Shown: positions 46,128 to 55,932 of the stretch, one piece after another
How positions within the stretch are numbered: position 1 is the first letter of the stretch
Layout: each line of letters starts with the position of its first letter
Assembly: GCA_022571255.1 (NCBI GenBank)
Contig: JACZYD010000002.1
Location: forward strand, 7,010-71,009
DNA length: 64,000 nt
Direction of reading: 5' to 3'
Source of the DNA: Bacteroidota bacterium
GTDB taxonomy: Bacteria; Bacteroidota; Rhodothermia; Rhodothermales; UBA10348
Translations under genes and position numbers: made by a program
The notes under the pieces: model-generated
The model's input: the letters and a program-made list of their open reading frames with translations, nothing else
The model's database searches: none
Told to the model about the DNA's origin: nothing

Positions 46128-46928
46128 TTACTCTGTCTCGGCGATCACCTCAACGTATTTGATCGCCGAGAGCATCGCTCCCTGAGGATCTTGGATCATC
46201 GTGAATCGACCCACATCCGGGATATCCATGGGCGGTACAATTACGGTTCCGCCGGAGTCGGCAGCTTTTTCAGCAACAGCGTCCGCGTCATCCACCGTAA
46301 CGTAGCCTCCCCAGTGTGGGGGTACATTCTCGCCCATGGGCGCGCACATGCCTCCGATCCCGACGTCTCCAACATGGATCATGCCATAGGGACCCATCCC
46401 CATCTGATCAATTTTTACCGTCCATCCAAAAAGGGCACTGTAAAACTCCATGGAGCCTTCGAGATCATGTGTCCGCAACTCAGCCCAGCTGAACGCTCCC
46501 TGTGTTTTGAAATAATTCAAATAATCGACTGGAGTCATATCCGCATCGTCGGCTTTTTCCTCGTACTGAATGATCATAACGAAAGCTCCCTGTGGATCCT
46601 GTATACCACTCATTCGGCCGATTTTCGGGATGTCCATTGCAGGCACCACAACGGTCGCACCCAGTTTTTCAGCTTCAGCGAGGATCGAGTCCACATTGTC
46701 GACCGTGATATAAAAGCTCCAGAATGGGGGCACGTCATCACTCTGACGCGCCATGATTCCGCCTGCCGGAGCGCCATGTGCTTTCACCATAGTATACTCT
46801 CCCATATCCATGGACATTGATTCCGTTTCCCAATCAAAAAGCCCTTGATAAAACGCAGTCGCTTTTTCCGGATCGGTGGTTTGCAGCTCTGCCCAGCTAA
46901 ATGCCCCGTGTGTCTTGTAAGGATTCAT
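46128..46928 (-). CDS. two-domain VOC (glyoxalase/bleomycin-resistance) family protein
   Basis: Internal duplication: HGAFSWAELQTTDPEKATAFYQGLFDWE and QGAFSWAELRTHDLEGSMEFYSALFGWT, with repeated IQDPQGA. Confidence 0.85.
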   Translation of the reverse strand: MNPYKTHGAFSWAELQTTDPEKATAFYQGLFDWETESMSMDMGEYTMVKAHGAPAGGIMARQSDDVPPFWSFYITVDNVDSILAEAEKLGATVVVPAMDIPKIGRMSGIQDPQGAFVMIIQYEEKADDADMTPVDYLNYFKTQGAFSWAELRTHDLEGSMEFYSALFGWTVKIDQMGMGPYGMIHVGDVGIGGMCAPMGENVPPHWGGYVTVDDADAVAEKAADSGGTVIVPPMDIPDVGRFTMIQDPQGAMLSAIKYVEVIAETE

Positions 46929-46998
46929 CCTCTACCTCCTCTCTGATGAATAATTCGCTTCCGGTTAATTTCGCTTCCTACCGATAATGCATCAACGT

Positions 46999-47094
46999 CC
47001 GGACCAGAACAATGGCTTCCGGAGTCATGATGGTTACCGGACCAGAACAATGGCTTCCGGAGTCATGATGGTTACCGGACCAGAACAATGATGT
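46999..47094. repeat. 38-bp tandem repeat, about 2.5 copies
   Basis: The unit ccggaccagaacaatggcttccggagtcatgatggtta occurs at 46999, 47037 and 47075 (partial). It contains CCGGA...TCCGG. The array is upstream of the YdeP-family gene. Confidence 0.9.
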
Positions 47095-47228
47095 CCATAC
47101 ATGCATCCTGCGATCTTCCGTTTCTCAGGGATAGTTAATGGATTCTCGATGTAATAACAATATGTGCGAGTGGCGCGATTGATTATTGCGTCCGATCTTG
47201 CAGGCGACAAGAATTCGGATTACCGTTT

Positions 47229-49439
47229 ATGAGGCAGGTGCGAACAGGCGGCGGCTGGCCCGCCATCAGGTATACGATTGGCAAAGCCCGTGAGGCAGGC
47301 GGAGTGTTGCGCCTCTGGCGCGCCATGCGAAGTCGAAATACCTGCAAGACGTGCGCTCTTGGAATGGGTGGACAGAAAGGCGGTATGGTAAACGAATCGG
47401 GACATTTCCCGGAATTCTGCAAAAAAAGTCTGCAGGCCGTGGTCGCTGATCTCCAGCCGGCCATCAATCCCGCGTTTTTTGAAAACACGTCTGTGACCGC
47501 GCTGCGCGATATGAACCCGCGAGAACTCGAATCACTGGGACGACTTGCCCGACCGATGATTTACAGCCGGGAAACAGACAAATACACCGTGGTGAGCTGG
47601 AATAATGCTCTGGCACGAGTGGCTGAAAAACTCAAGTCTATCACGCCCGATGAGGCATTTTTCTATTTCAGCGGAAGGAGCAGCAACGAAGCAGGGTTTC
47701 TGCTGCAGTTATTTGCGCGCATTTACGGCACAAACAACATCAACAATTGCAGCTATTATTGCCACCAGGCAAGCGGCGTGGGCCTCACGAGCTCCATCGG
47801 CTCGGGAACGGCGACGGTGGTGCTCGAGGACCTTGATCAAACGGATCTGATGTTTGTAATCGGAGCAAACCCGGCAAGTAATCATCCGCGACTCATGCGG
47901 ACGCTCATGCAAGTGAGGCGTCGCGGCGGTAAAGTGGTGGTAGTCAATCCGATCCGGGAAACAGGTCTTGTCCGTTTCAATGTACCGAGCGATCCTCGAA
48001 GTTTGCTTTTCGGGAGCGAAATCGCGAGCACGTACGTGCAGCCACACGCTGGTGGCGACTTGGCTTTTCTGACGGGCGTCGCGCGGTCCGTCATGGAAAA
48101 CGGGGCGCACGACCTCTCGTTTATTCGCGAGCACACGAACGGCTTCAATGACCTCGAACGGAGCTGCAAAGACCATTCCTGGGAAGAGCTTGAGCGCCAA
48201 AGTGGTGTAAGCAGGCAAATCATGGAAGAAATTGCCCTGTTGTACGCTCAATCTGATCGCACGGTGTTCAGCTGGGCCATGGGAATCACGCATCATGCGC
48301 GCGGAACGGAAACGGTTCAAGCCATTGCCAACCTTGCTCTGTTGCGGGGCATGGTTGGGAAACCCGGCGCAGGATTGATGCCGATTCGCGGCCATTCGAA
48401 TGTCCAGGGCATCGGCAGCATGGGCGTTACGCCCATATTAAAGGATGCCATTTTCCATGCACTTCAGACCGAACTGGGAATTCGGCTTCCCGAAACGCCC
48501 GGCCGCGACACAATGGCTTGTATCGAGGGCGCAGCTGCCGGAGATCTCCGGTTCGGTTTGTGCCTGGGCGGGAATTTATACGGATCCAACCCGGATTCGG
48601 AGTTTGCCGGTCGTGCACTCGAAAATCTGGATCAGCTCGTATTTCTGAGCACCACGATGAATACCGGACATACCAGGGGTCTGGCGCGCGAAACCATCGT
48701 TTTGCCGGTACTTGCGCGAGACGAGGAGCCCGAACCGACCACGCAGGAATCCATGTTCAGCTACGTTCGCTTGAGCGACGGAGGCCCCGCCCGTCATGAT
48801 GGCCCTCGGAGCGAACTCGATGTAATCTCGACGCTGGCCGGACAAGTACTCGGTGCCTCTTCTCCTTTAGACTGGACCGAATGGAAAAATACGTCCCGCA
48901 TCCGGCGCACGATTGCCAGAGTGGTCCCGGGATACGAAGCAATCGGGCGAATTGACGAGACTCGGGCAGAGTTTCAGATCAGCGGGCGTACGCTCCATAC
49001 GCCGCATTTTGCGACACCCGACGGCAGGGCCAGGTTTTTCCCGCACGAGTTGCCGCGCGTATCACCGGGCAATGGACCTGATGCCATTTCGTCGGACGAA
49101 GGATTACGTCTCATGACCATCCGGAGCGAGGGCCAGTTCAACACGGTGGTCTACGAGGAATATGATTTGTACAGAGGAATCGAGACGCGTGACGTAGTCC
49201 TGATTCACCCCGAAGATGCAAGTCAGTTGGAACTCGAACATGGAGTCCTCGCACGCATCACCGGGCCGGGAGGGACGATGGATAGAATCCGGGTCTCTAT
49301 TTTTCCGAAAATCAAAAAGGGTAATGTTGCCATGTATTTTCCTGAAGCAAACGTGTTGCTTTCGCGCGTTGTAGATCCTCTGAGTCGGACCCCTGCGTTT
49401 AAAGGAGCTCGAATTTCAATTTCAGCGTCAAACCCATGA
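47229..49439 (+). CDS. FdhF/YdeP-family molybdopterin oxidoreductase
   Basis: The YdeP-type N-terminus reads GGGWPAIRYTIGKAREAG...NTCKTCALGMGGQKGGM. The body is molybdopterin-oxidoreductase-like. The frame has no in-frame TGA. Confidence 0.85.
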   Translation: MRQVRTGGGWPAIRYTIGKAREAGGVLRLWRAMRSRNTCKTCALGMGGQKGGMVNESGHFPEFCKKSLQAVVADLQPAINPAFFENTSVTALRDMNPRELESLGRLARPMIYSRETDKYTVVSWNNALARVAEKLKSITPDEAFFYFSGRSSNEAGFLLQLFARIYGTNNINNCSYYCHQASGVGLTSSIGSGTATVVLEDLDQTDLMFVIGANPASNHPRLMRTLMQVRRRGGKVVVVNPIRETGLVRFNVPSDPRSLLFGSEIASTYVQPHAGGDLAFLTGVARSVMENGAHDLSFIREHTNGFNDLERSCKDHSWEELERQSGVSRQIMEEIALLYAQSDRTVFSWAMGITHHARGTETVQAIANLALLRGMVGKPGAGLMPIRGHSNVQGIGSMGVTPILKDAIFHALQTELGIRLPETPGRDTMACIEGAAAGDLRFGLCLGGNLYGSNPDSEFAGRALENLDQLVFLSTTMNTGHTRGLARETIVLPVLARDEEPEPTTQESMFSYVRLSDGGPARHDGPRSELDVISTLAGQVLGASSPLDWTEWKNTSRIRRTIARVVPGYEAIGRIDETRAEFQISGRTLHTPHFATPDGRARFFPHELPRVSPGNGPDAISSDEGLRLMTIRSEGQFNTVVYEEYDLYRGIETRDVVLIHPEDASQLELEHGVLARITGPGGTMDRIRVSIFPKIKKGNVAMYFPEANVLLSRVVDPLSRTPAFKGARISISASNP

Positions 49440-50677
49440 CAGACCACTGCGAAAATAACGATGCGTTGCGAGTCCGTGATAAGGCAGGCGCTGATTCAGA
49501 TGGAAGTCCCGGCCGAGGCACACTCTCGGTATGGTCTGGCGAGATGGAAACAATGTTTGAACATGCAACCCAGACGCCGATTGTTCAGAGCGTTTCGTAT
49601 GCCTACGAAAATATGGATGAGTGGGCGGCTGTCGCCACCGGCGAGAAATCCGGTCACATCTACGGTCGTAATTCAAATCCTACGACGCGCGTTCTTGAGG
49701 AAAAAATCCGTGTGCTGGAAAACGCAGAAGCCGCCACCAGTTTTGCCAGCGGAATGGCGGCAATCAGCAATACCCTTTTTACGCTGTTATCTCCGGGATC
49801 GCGAGTGGTCTCCCAGAAAGAGACATACGGGGGCACGAGCAGACTTTTTCTGGAATTCCTTCCCCGATTTGGTGTTGACATTGAATTGTGTGATACCACA
49901 GACTTTGCCCATTTCGAACGGGCTGTTTCTGCAGGATGTGACGTTTTATATCTCGAAACTCCGACAAATCCGACGCTGAAGGTGCTGGATCTGGTCCCGC
50001 TCTGTGAGCTTGCGCATAATGCGGGGGCGGTAGTTATCGTAGACAATACGTTTGCGACACCCATCAATCAGAATCCACTTGCACTGGGAGCAGATCTGGT
50101 CGTGCACAGTGCAACCAAATTTCTCGGCGGCCACTCGGACGCCCTCGGCGGACTGCTTGCGGGTCGCACCGACCTCGTCGAACGTGTGTTTGCGTATCGC
50201 GAAATCAACGGCGCAACACTCGGCCCCATGTCTGCCTTCCTCCTGATTCGCGGCATGAAAACCCTCGAATTACGAATTGAAAGGCAAAACCAGACAGCGC
50301 TGGCTGTTTCCAGGTTTCTTCACGGCCACCCGGGCATCACCGAAGTACATTATCCCGGCCTTGCCTCGCATCCCGGACACGAAATTGCCATCCGACAGAT
50401 GCGGGGGTTTGGTGGTGTACTCAGTTTTACTCTCGCCGGCGATCCATCCCGACTGTCCCGATTTCTTGAATCCCTAGAATGGGTGCATCTTGCTGCGCAT
50501 CTTGGCGGCGTCGAAACAATCGCCGGTCCACCGCGCACAACCAGCCATGTTGAACTGACCACAGTCGAACGTTCAGCTCTCGGCATTTCCGAAAACCTTA
50601 TTCGATATTCGGTAGGAATCGAGAATTCCGAAGACCTGATTTCTGACCTGTCGGCGGCACTTGATGCTACAGCCTGA
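49436..50677 (+). CDS. PLP-dependent Cys/Met metabolism enzyme (cystathionine gamma-synthase / beta- or gamma-lyase family)
   Basis: IYGRNSNPT..., and HSATKFLGGHSDALGG containing the PLP lysine. The start overlaps the YdeP-family stop (ATGA). Confidence 0.85.
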   Translation: MTDHCENNDALRVRDKAGADSDGSPGRGTLSVWSGEMETMFEHATQTPIVQSVSYAYENMDEWAAVATGEKSGHIYGRNSNPTTRVLEEKIRVLENAEAATSFASGMAAISNTLFTLLSPGSRVVSQKETYGGTSRLFLEFLPRFGVDIELCDTTDFAHFERAVSAGCDVLYLETPTNPTLKVLDLVPLCELAHNAGAVVIVDNTFATPINQNPLALGADLVVHSATKFLGGHSDALGGLLAGRTDLVERVFAYREINGATLGPMSAFLLIRGMKTLELRIERQNQTALAVSRFLHGHPGITEVHYPGLASHPGHEIAIRQMRGFGGVLSFTLAGDPSRLSRFLESLEWVHLAAHLGGVETIAGPPRTTSHVELTTVERSALGISENLIRYSVGIENSEDLISDLSAALDATA

Positions 50678-50717
50678 TCTACTGTCTCGAACTCTTCACT
50701 CCACCCGAATTATTCTT

Positions 50718-52034
50718 ATGGTGAACAACCGCAAAGCAATACCCCGAACTTTTCTCTACCTTCCCATTCTTTTTGCGACATCCAGCCTCCTGGTCTCCTG
50801 CGCCGCTCGGGAGCCTGGAATCGACAGGACGAACATCGAACGGATAATAACTGCCCTGGCGTCAGACGATATGGAAGGACGCGGCATCTTTACGGACGGC
50901 ATCGAGCGCGCAGCCGCGTTCCTGGAGGACGAATTTGATCGGATAGGACTGGGTAAACTCAACGGAGAGAATGGATATCGTCAGTCGTTTCCGTATTATT
51001 CTTTTTCCCTCCGTGAACACCGTATCGTCGTCGGAGACGAAGCGGCAGGTTCCGACGAATTTTTCCTTACCGGCAGCCATGATTCAATCAGGTGGTCCAC
51101 CGGCGACGACGTGGTGATTCATCGTATCAAACGCGAAGACAATTTCAGGGCGCTGTTCCGGCAGCTGCGTAATTCGGCAGTCGATAACTTGATCATCGTA
51201 GATTTTTCGCAGGAAAAAGCGTTCAGGCGGTATCACGGTATTTTCGGGCGCAGATCTCGAAGTAAAACCATCAACGAGGGCAACTCGAATGTATACGTCC
51301 TCTCTCCATTCATCGATTCGGACCGCTTCGAGATTTCGATCGACCGGGACGTCGAAAAGCTGGAATTGACCAACATAGTCGGCCAGATCAAAGGCAAGCG
51401 CGAAAATGAGTTCGTCCTGTTCTCAGCCCACTATGATCATCTGGGGATCGTCGATCCAATCGACGGGGATTCAATCGCGAACGGCGCAAACGACGACGCC
51501 TCCGGAACCACAGCCGTCGTCGCACTGGCCCGGCATTTTGCGTACAGTCCGCAGCCGGAGAGAACGATCCTGTTCGCTCTATTCACCGCCGAGGAATCGG
51601 GCGGCATGGGTTCACAACACTTCGCGTCGAAGCTCGATCCCGATCAGATTGTTGCCATGTTCAACATTGAAATGATCGGGAAACCGGCCGTGGAGGGCCC
51701 CAATACTGCCTGGATCACCGGATTTGAGCGCTCGTCATTTGGTCAAATCCTTCAGGGAGCTGTCGAAGGAAGCCCGTACAAGTTCTATCCCGATCCCTAT
51801 CCCGACGAGAATCTGTTTTTCCGGTCAGACAATGCCACGCTGGCGCGCCTCGGAGTACCGGCTCATTCGATCAGTACGACTCCGATCGATGTTGATAAGG
51901 ATTATCATCAGGTGAGCGATGAAGTATCCACACTCGATCTGGACCATATGACCAATACGATCAGAGCGATCGAGGCCGCCTCCTCGACAATCATATCAGG
52001 CGAAGCAACGCCGACGCGTATCACGATCGAGTAG
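50718..52034 (+). CDS. M28 family peptidase, lipoprotein
   Basis: The ATG at 50718 gives MVNNRKAIPRTFLYLPILFATSSLLVSC. Motifs: SAHYDHLG, NGANDDASG and FTAEESGGMGS. Confidence 0.85.
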   Translation: MVNNRKAIPRTFLYLPILFATSSLLVSCAAREPGIDRTNIERIITALASDDMEGRGIFTDGIERAAAFLEDEFDRIGLGKLNGENGYRQSFPYYSFSLREHRIVVGDEAAGSDEFFLTGSHDSIRWSTGDDVVIHRIKREDNFRALFRQLRNSAVDNLIIVDFSQEKAFRRYHGIFGRRSRSKTINEGNSNVYVLSPFIDSDRFEISIDRDVEKLELTNIVGQIKGKRENEFVLFSAHYDHLGIVDPIDGDSIANGANDDASGTTAVVALARHFAYSPQPERTILFALFTAEESGGMGSQHFASKLDPDQIVAMFNIEMIGKPAVEGPNTAWITGFERSSFGQILQGAVEGSPYKFYPDPYPDENLFFRSDNATLARLGVPAHSISTTPIDVDKDYHQVSDEVSTLDLDHMTNTIRAIEAASSTIISGEATPTRITIE

Positions 52035-52068
52035 AGGAGAAAAACCCAACGAAACTCGACGAGACCCG

Positions 52069-52920
52069 ATGAGACCCGAAACTGAGATGCTGAAACTGAT
52101 CGCACTCACCCCTCTTCTTGTGGCCAGTTTCGCATGGCCCGGATCTGTGGCCACCATGGATTGGGTGGCACCGGAGCCTTTTCTCTGGGGCCGGGATGGT
52201 CACAAAATCGTGTGTAAAATCGCTTATCAGGAAGTCAGCTCACAGACCCGGCGGGCCATCGATAATCTTCTTGCTGAAGACGACGATTATGACTCGTTCC
52301 CGGAAAGTTGTCTGTGGGCGGACGTGATCCGGCGCGAGCCGAAATACGGCAAATACCCGACCGCGCACTATATGAACATTCCCCGCGGAGCCGCGCACGT
52401 CTCAGCCGACGAGCATTGCCAGAGCACCTACTGCGTCATAGAAGCGATTGAAGACATGTCGGGTGTACTCGAGAGTCCGCGATTTAACCAAGGCGAAAAA
52501 CTGGAGGCATTAAAATTCCTGACTCATTTTATCGGCGACCTGCATCAACCCCTGCATGCCGGCTACGGAGATGATCGCGGCGGAAACGATACGTCCGTAT
52601 CCGCGTGGGGTGAATCCCGAAACATGCACTCCGTCTGGGACTGGGTGTTGATCGAACATACGGGCATACCCTGGCAGGCTTATGCTGTGCAGCTGCAGGA
52701 TGAGATCACACCCATCGACCGGCAACTCTGGGCACGTGGAATGCCTGATAACTGGGCGGAAGAATCGTACCAGATCGTTGAAAACGCCGTCTATGACGTA
52801 GGCGAAGGCGCCGTCGTCGGTGACGAGTACTACGAACGCAATATCTCGACGGTTGAACAGCAGCTGAAGAAGGCCGCCGTTCGCATGGCGATGGTGCTGG
52901 ATCGGGTGCTTGGAGAGTAA
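52069..52920 (+). CDS. S1/P1 family nuclease
   Basis: A signal peptide is followed by WGRDGHKIVCKIAY (mature N-terminal Trp). HFIGDLHQPLH and HSVWD are also present. Confidence 0.85.
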   Translation: MRPETEMLKLIALTPLLVASFAWPGSVATMDWVAPEPFLWGRDGHKIVCKIAYQEVSSQTRRAIDNLLAEDDDYDSFPESCLWADVIRREPKYGKYPTAHYMNIPRGAAHVSADEHCQSTYCVIEAIEDMSGVLESPRFNQGEKLEALKFLTHFIGDLHQPLHAGYGDDRGGNDTSVSAWGESRNMHSVWDWVLIEHTGIPWQAYAVQLQDEITPIDRQLWARGMPDNWAEESYQIVENAVYDVGEGAVVGDEYYERNISTVEQQLKKAAVRMAMVLDRVLGE

Positions 52921-52956
52921 AAATCTACTTGCCGTTTCCGGCGACGCGGTACTGCT

Positions 52957-53271
52957 CTATTTTTTCTTGTCCTGGTGCGCCCACACGAAAGATTTCAGCG
53001 CAGCATTCATCCGTTTCTGGTATCCCGGACCGTCTTTTCGAAAATACTCCAGGACGTCACGATCGACATTTATCGAGATCTTCTGTCTAGACCCTGGTCG
53101 AACCAATTTGGCGCCTGCCAACATCTTTTTTTCAATCTCCGAGATATCTGAGAAATCAATGTCTGAGTCGCTCCTCTCATCCAGCCGGACCCAATTGGTT
53201 TGCCCTTCACCTCTCCTGCGAATGGCAGCGAGATCTTTACCCGTATACGTCTCTATATTGTTCTCGCTCAT
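52957..53271 (-). CDS. brnA: BrnA-type antitoxin (DUF4415)
   Basis: TNWVRLDERSDSDIDFSDISE...KISINVDRDVLEYFRKDGPGYQKRMNAALKSF matches the DUF4415/BrnA pattern. Confidence 0.75.
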   Translation of the reverse strand: MSENNIETYTGKDLAAIRRRGEGQTNWVRLDERSDSDIDFSDISEIEKKMLAGAKLVRPGSRQKISINVDRDVLEYFRKDGPGYQKRMNAALKSFVWAHQDKKK

Positions 53272-53422
53272 GATTTCTTGCTTTTCGCGCTGAAATGATG
53301 CTGGTCTTTTGAGCTCTCACTGTATATGCGACTGTCATGATCGTGTTTCCAGCCTTACCCGTTGCCAGAAATCGTACTTCGCCTCGATATTCAGCTTTCT
53401 TCCGCACCTGCCAATAAACCAC
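53237..53422 (-). pseudogene. brnT: BrnT-type toxin (DUF497), 5'-truncated
   Basis: The 61-aa ORF matches only the C-terminal two thirds of BrnT (EVRFLATGKAGNTIMTVAYTVRAQKTSIISARKARNHEREQY). A TGA lies two codons upstream of its GTG. The region upstream of it is occupied by the 5' end of the opposite-strand gene at 53435. It overlaps brnA in the usual toxin-first order. Confidence 0.55.
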
Positions 53423-53434
53423 CTGTATTCAGAT

Positions 53435-53953
53435 ATGAATCTTCGTGCCCCCTTACCTGCCGTAACGATCTTCGTGATGCCCATCATAATGGCTATCGCT
53501 GTTACAATCAGCCTGGTCCTGCCCGCCCGCGCCCAGACTATTGCCAAAGAAAAATCTGCTGTCAACGTCATGCTCAATTCGCTTCACGAAGCGGCTTCAA
53601 CAGGAGATTGGGATGTGTATTTCGATCTTTATACCGATTCAAGCATCTTTCTGGGAACAGACGCCACCGAGCGCTGGACCAAGTCGGATTTTCAGGGATA
53701 TGCCGCTCGGAGCAACGGCTGGACATACGACATGAGCGAGCGACACATTTTTCTTTCGGATAACCTGCAAACCGCCTGGTTTGATGAACTGCTCGAAAAC
53801 GAAAACCTTGGTCTGACTCGTGGAACCGGCGTACTGGTCAAAGAAGGGGGGAAATGGAAGTTTTCTCAATACAATCTTACCATTCCCGTTCCGAACCAAC
53901 TGGCCGGAGAATTCGTTGCAGCCATTCGGGCACTCCCGGAACCCGAGAAATAA
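53435..53953 (+). CDS. NTF2-like (SnoaL/DUF4440-type) secreted protein
   Basis: The ATG at 53435 gives signal MNLRAPLPAVTIFVMPIIMAIAVTISLVLPARAQ. The body is LHEAASTGDWDVYFDLYTDSSIFLGTD...GTGVLVKEGGKWKFSQYNL. Confidence 0.65.
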   Translation: MNLRAPLPAVTIFVMPIIMAIAVTISLVLPARAQTIAKEKSAVNVMLNSLHEAASTGDWDVYFDLYTDSSIFLGTDATERWTKSDFQGYAARSNGWTYDMSERHIFLSDNLQTAWFDELLENENLGLTRGTGVLVKEGGKWKFSQYNLTIPVPNQLAGEFVAAIRALPEPEK

Positions 53954-54091
53954 CCGCTCCCGGAAACAGGGAGATAAGCGCTCCTTTAGAGCAAGGGCAT
54001 TCTTTTTGGACTTCACCGTAACAGAAAGGAGTCGTTGTTTTGGGAAGTGGGCTGCCGAGCGACGGTGAATCATAAACTGACTTCAATCCAT

Positions 54092-54865
54092 ATGTTTATC
54101 TTGAAGAAGGCTTTTTTTACAATATGGGCTGTTCTGGCCATGATTCTTGTGGGCGGCTGCGACAGCAGTGACACGCAACAGGATTCTGATCCTGAAGAAC
54201 CCGTGTGGGATTACGCCGACAAAGGTCCTGCCCGGTGGGCGAATATCGCGTCGGAATGGGCGATCTGCGGCTCGGGGATGAGGCAGTCCCCGATTGATAT
54301 CAGTGTTACCACTGAAGTTGACATCGGAGCATGGGCTTTTAAATATGGGAGTTCAAAAATGCGGGCCCAGAACGACAGCAAAACGATTCACCTTTTTGTA
54401 GACACGGGAAGCTCGATCGCCGTGAACGAAAAGACATTTATTCTTAAGGAAATTCATTTTCACACCACGTCTGAGCACACTTTTAATGGTGTCGTTTCTC
54501 CCGGGGAGATTCATTTTGTACATGAAAGCAGCGACGGAGAAGTAGCCTATGTGGCGGCGCTCGTCCAGGTTGGCAATGAAAACAAAGCGATTGCGACGAT
54601 CTTGAGTGAGTTGCCTGCCGAACCCGGCGACCCGATTGAAGTCGATCTGTTTTTCAACGCGTTTGATTTCCTTCCGGAATCCAAAACGTTTTATCGCTAT
54701 GACGGATCTCTTACAACGCCTGCCTGTACGGAAGGAGTCACGTGGATCGTCCTCCAGAATCAGCTGATCATGTCCAGTACGCAGATCAACGGGCTTCGAG
54801 GTATTATGGGGTTGAATTTTCGCCCGGTGCAGCCGCTGAACGGACGCACAATCAGTCAGAATTAG
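54092..54865 (+). CDS. alpha-class carbonic anhydrase, lipoprotein
   Basis: Lipobox ILVGGCDS. Motifs: GMRQSPIDI, Zn histidines in EIHFHTTSEH and GEIHFVH, and SLTTPACTEGVTWIVL. Confidence 0.9.
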   Translation: MFILKKAFFTIWAVLAMILVGGCDSSDTQQDSDPEEPVWDYADKGPARWANIASEWAICGSGMRQSPIDISVTTEVDIGAWAFKYGSSKMRAQNDSKTIHLFVDTGSSIAVNEKTFILKEIHFHTTSEHTFNGVVSPGEIHFVHESSDGEVAYVAALVQVGNENKAIATILSELPAEPGDPIEVDLFFNAFDFLPESKTFYRYDGSLTTPACTEGVTWIVLQNQLIMSSTQINGLRGIMGLNFRPVQPLNGRTISQN

Positions 54866-55745
54866 CGTCGGCTCCGTAGTAATAAATCAGGACGTCATCG
54901 AGCAGCGGTTTCCAGTTCTCCCAGGAATGTCCGTACGGCACTTCGACGTATGACATCTCGTAGTTCTTGTCTTCAAGGATGTCCCGAAGACGGCGGGTAG
55001 CTTCTTCGTTGTCGTTCACGGTGCCGGAGTTCAAGAATATTTTTAAATCCAGGTTCATGGAGTCCCGGTAAGCCCGGTGAATCGTACGCACCGGATTCAT
55101 CGCCGGAGACTGCATCGCAATTCCGCGAAAGGTATCGCCCGCCATCAATCCGAAACACGCCGAATTGAGTCCTCCGAATGAAAGACCGAGCATGACTCGA
55201 TCCTCGCGGTGTAAACCAACATGGTATTCGGCTTCGACAGCGGGCACCAGTTCATCCCGGAAAAAACGAACGTATTCATCGTTGCCGAAAAATTGGGAAT
55301 TTCGTCGGTTGTCGGACAGGTTGTGGGGATCCCTGTTGTCTACGAATACGGCTATTACCGGAGAGATTTCACCGTTTTGAATCATGGAATTCATCCGTCC
55401 CGGAAGATCTCCCTGCCCGATATACCACTGACCATCGGTCACATATAAGACCGGCAGACGCGTGTTTTCGGGTGTAATTTCCGGTGTATTTCCGGGTGTA
55501 TTTCCGGGTGTAATTTCCGGCACAAATACGCGGTATTGAAGGTCGTATCCCAGTATGGTACTTGAGATTATTTTATTCGTACTCAAACCGGATGCAAACG
55601 CCGGGACGGGAACCGGATCCGCGTCCGGGCGCGACTGAAACGTGATAGACGCCGCTCCGTCATTTGACACGTTGGCCGCAGCCACAAGAACGGTTATACA
55701 GATTACCAGGATGAATCTTACAGGCATGATATTTCGAACAGGCAT
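54852..55745 (-). CDS. esterase-family alpha/beta hydrolase (putative esterase, PF00756-like)
   Basis: LPVLYVTDGQWY and nucleophile GLSFGG. An in-frame 12-bp repeat insert at 55471-55520 encodes EITPGNTPGNTPEITPENT. Confidence 0.75.
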   Translation of the reverse strand: MPVRNIMPVRFILVICITVLVAAANVSNDGAASITFQSRPDADPVPVPAFASGLSTNKIISSTILGYDLQYRVFVPEITPGNTPGNTPEITPENTRLPVLYVTDGQWYIGQGDLPGRMNSMIQNGEISPVIAVFVDNRDPHNLSDNRRNSQFFGNDEYVRFFRDELVPAVEAEYHVGLHREDRVMLGLSFGGLNSACFGLMAGDTFRGIAMQSPAMNPVRTIHRAYRDSMNLDLKIFLNSGTVNDNEEATRRLRDILEDKNYEMSYVEVPYGHSWENWKPLLDDVLIYYYGADANSD

Positions 55746-55932
55746 GGTTCAGTCCACAGTATCAGGAGTATTGGGATAAAGATGCCAACCACTACGCGAT
55801 GAACACCCAAGGGTTACCTGCATCGCAAGACATCTGCGTATGTAATGCTGTATGATCGTATCATCCGGGTGAATAACGGGGACGGCACGGATCAGGGTGG
55901 CCTTGAACCATCATTTATCGCGAGAATACAGA

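Noticed and set aside
47229-49439. Selenocysteine in the FdhF/YdeP-family molybdoenzyme.
   Set aside because: The 736-codon frame is uninterrupted, with no internal TGA. This is a Cys-type or other non-Sec enzyme.
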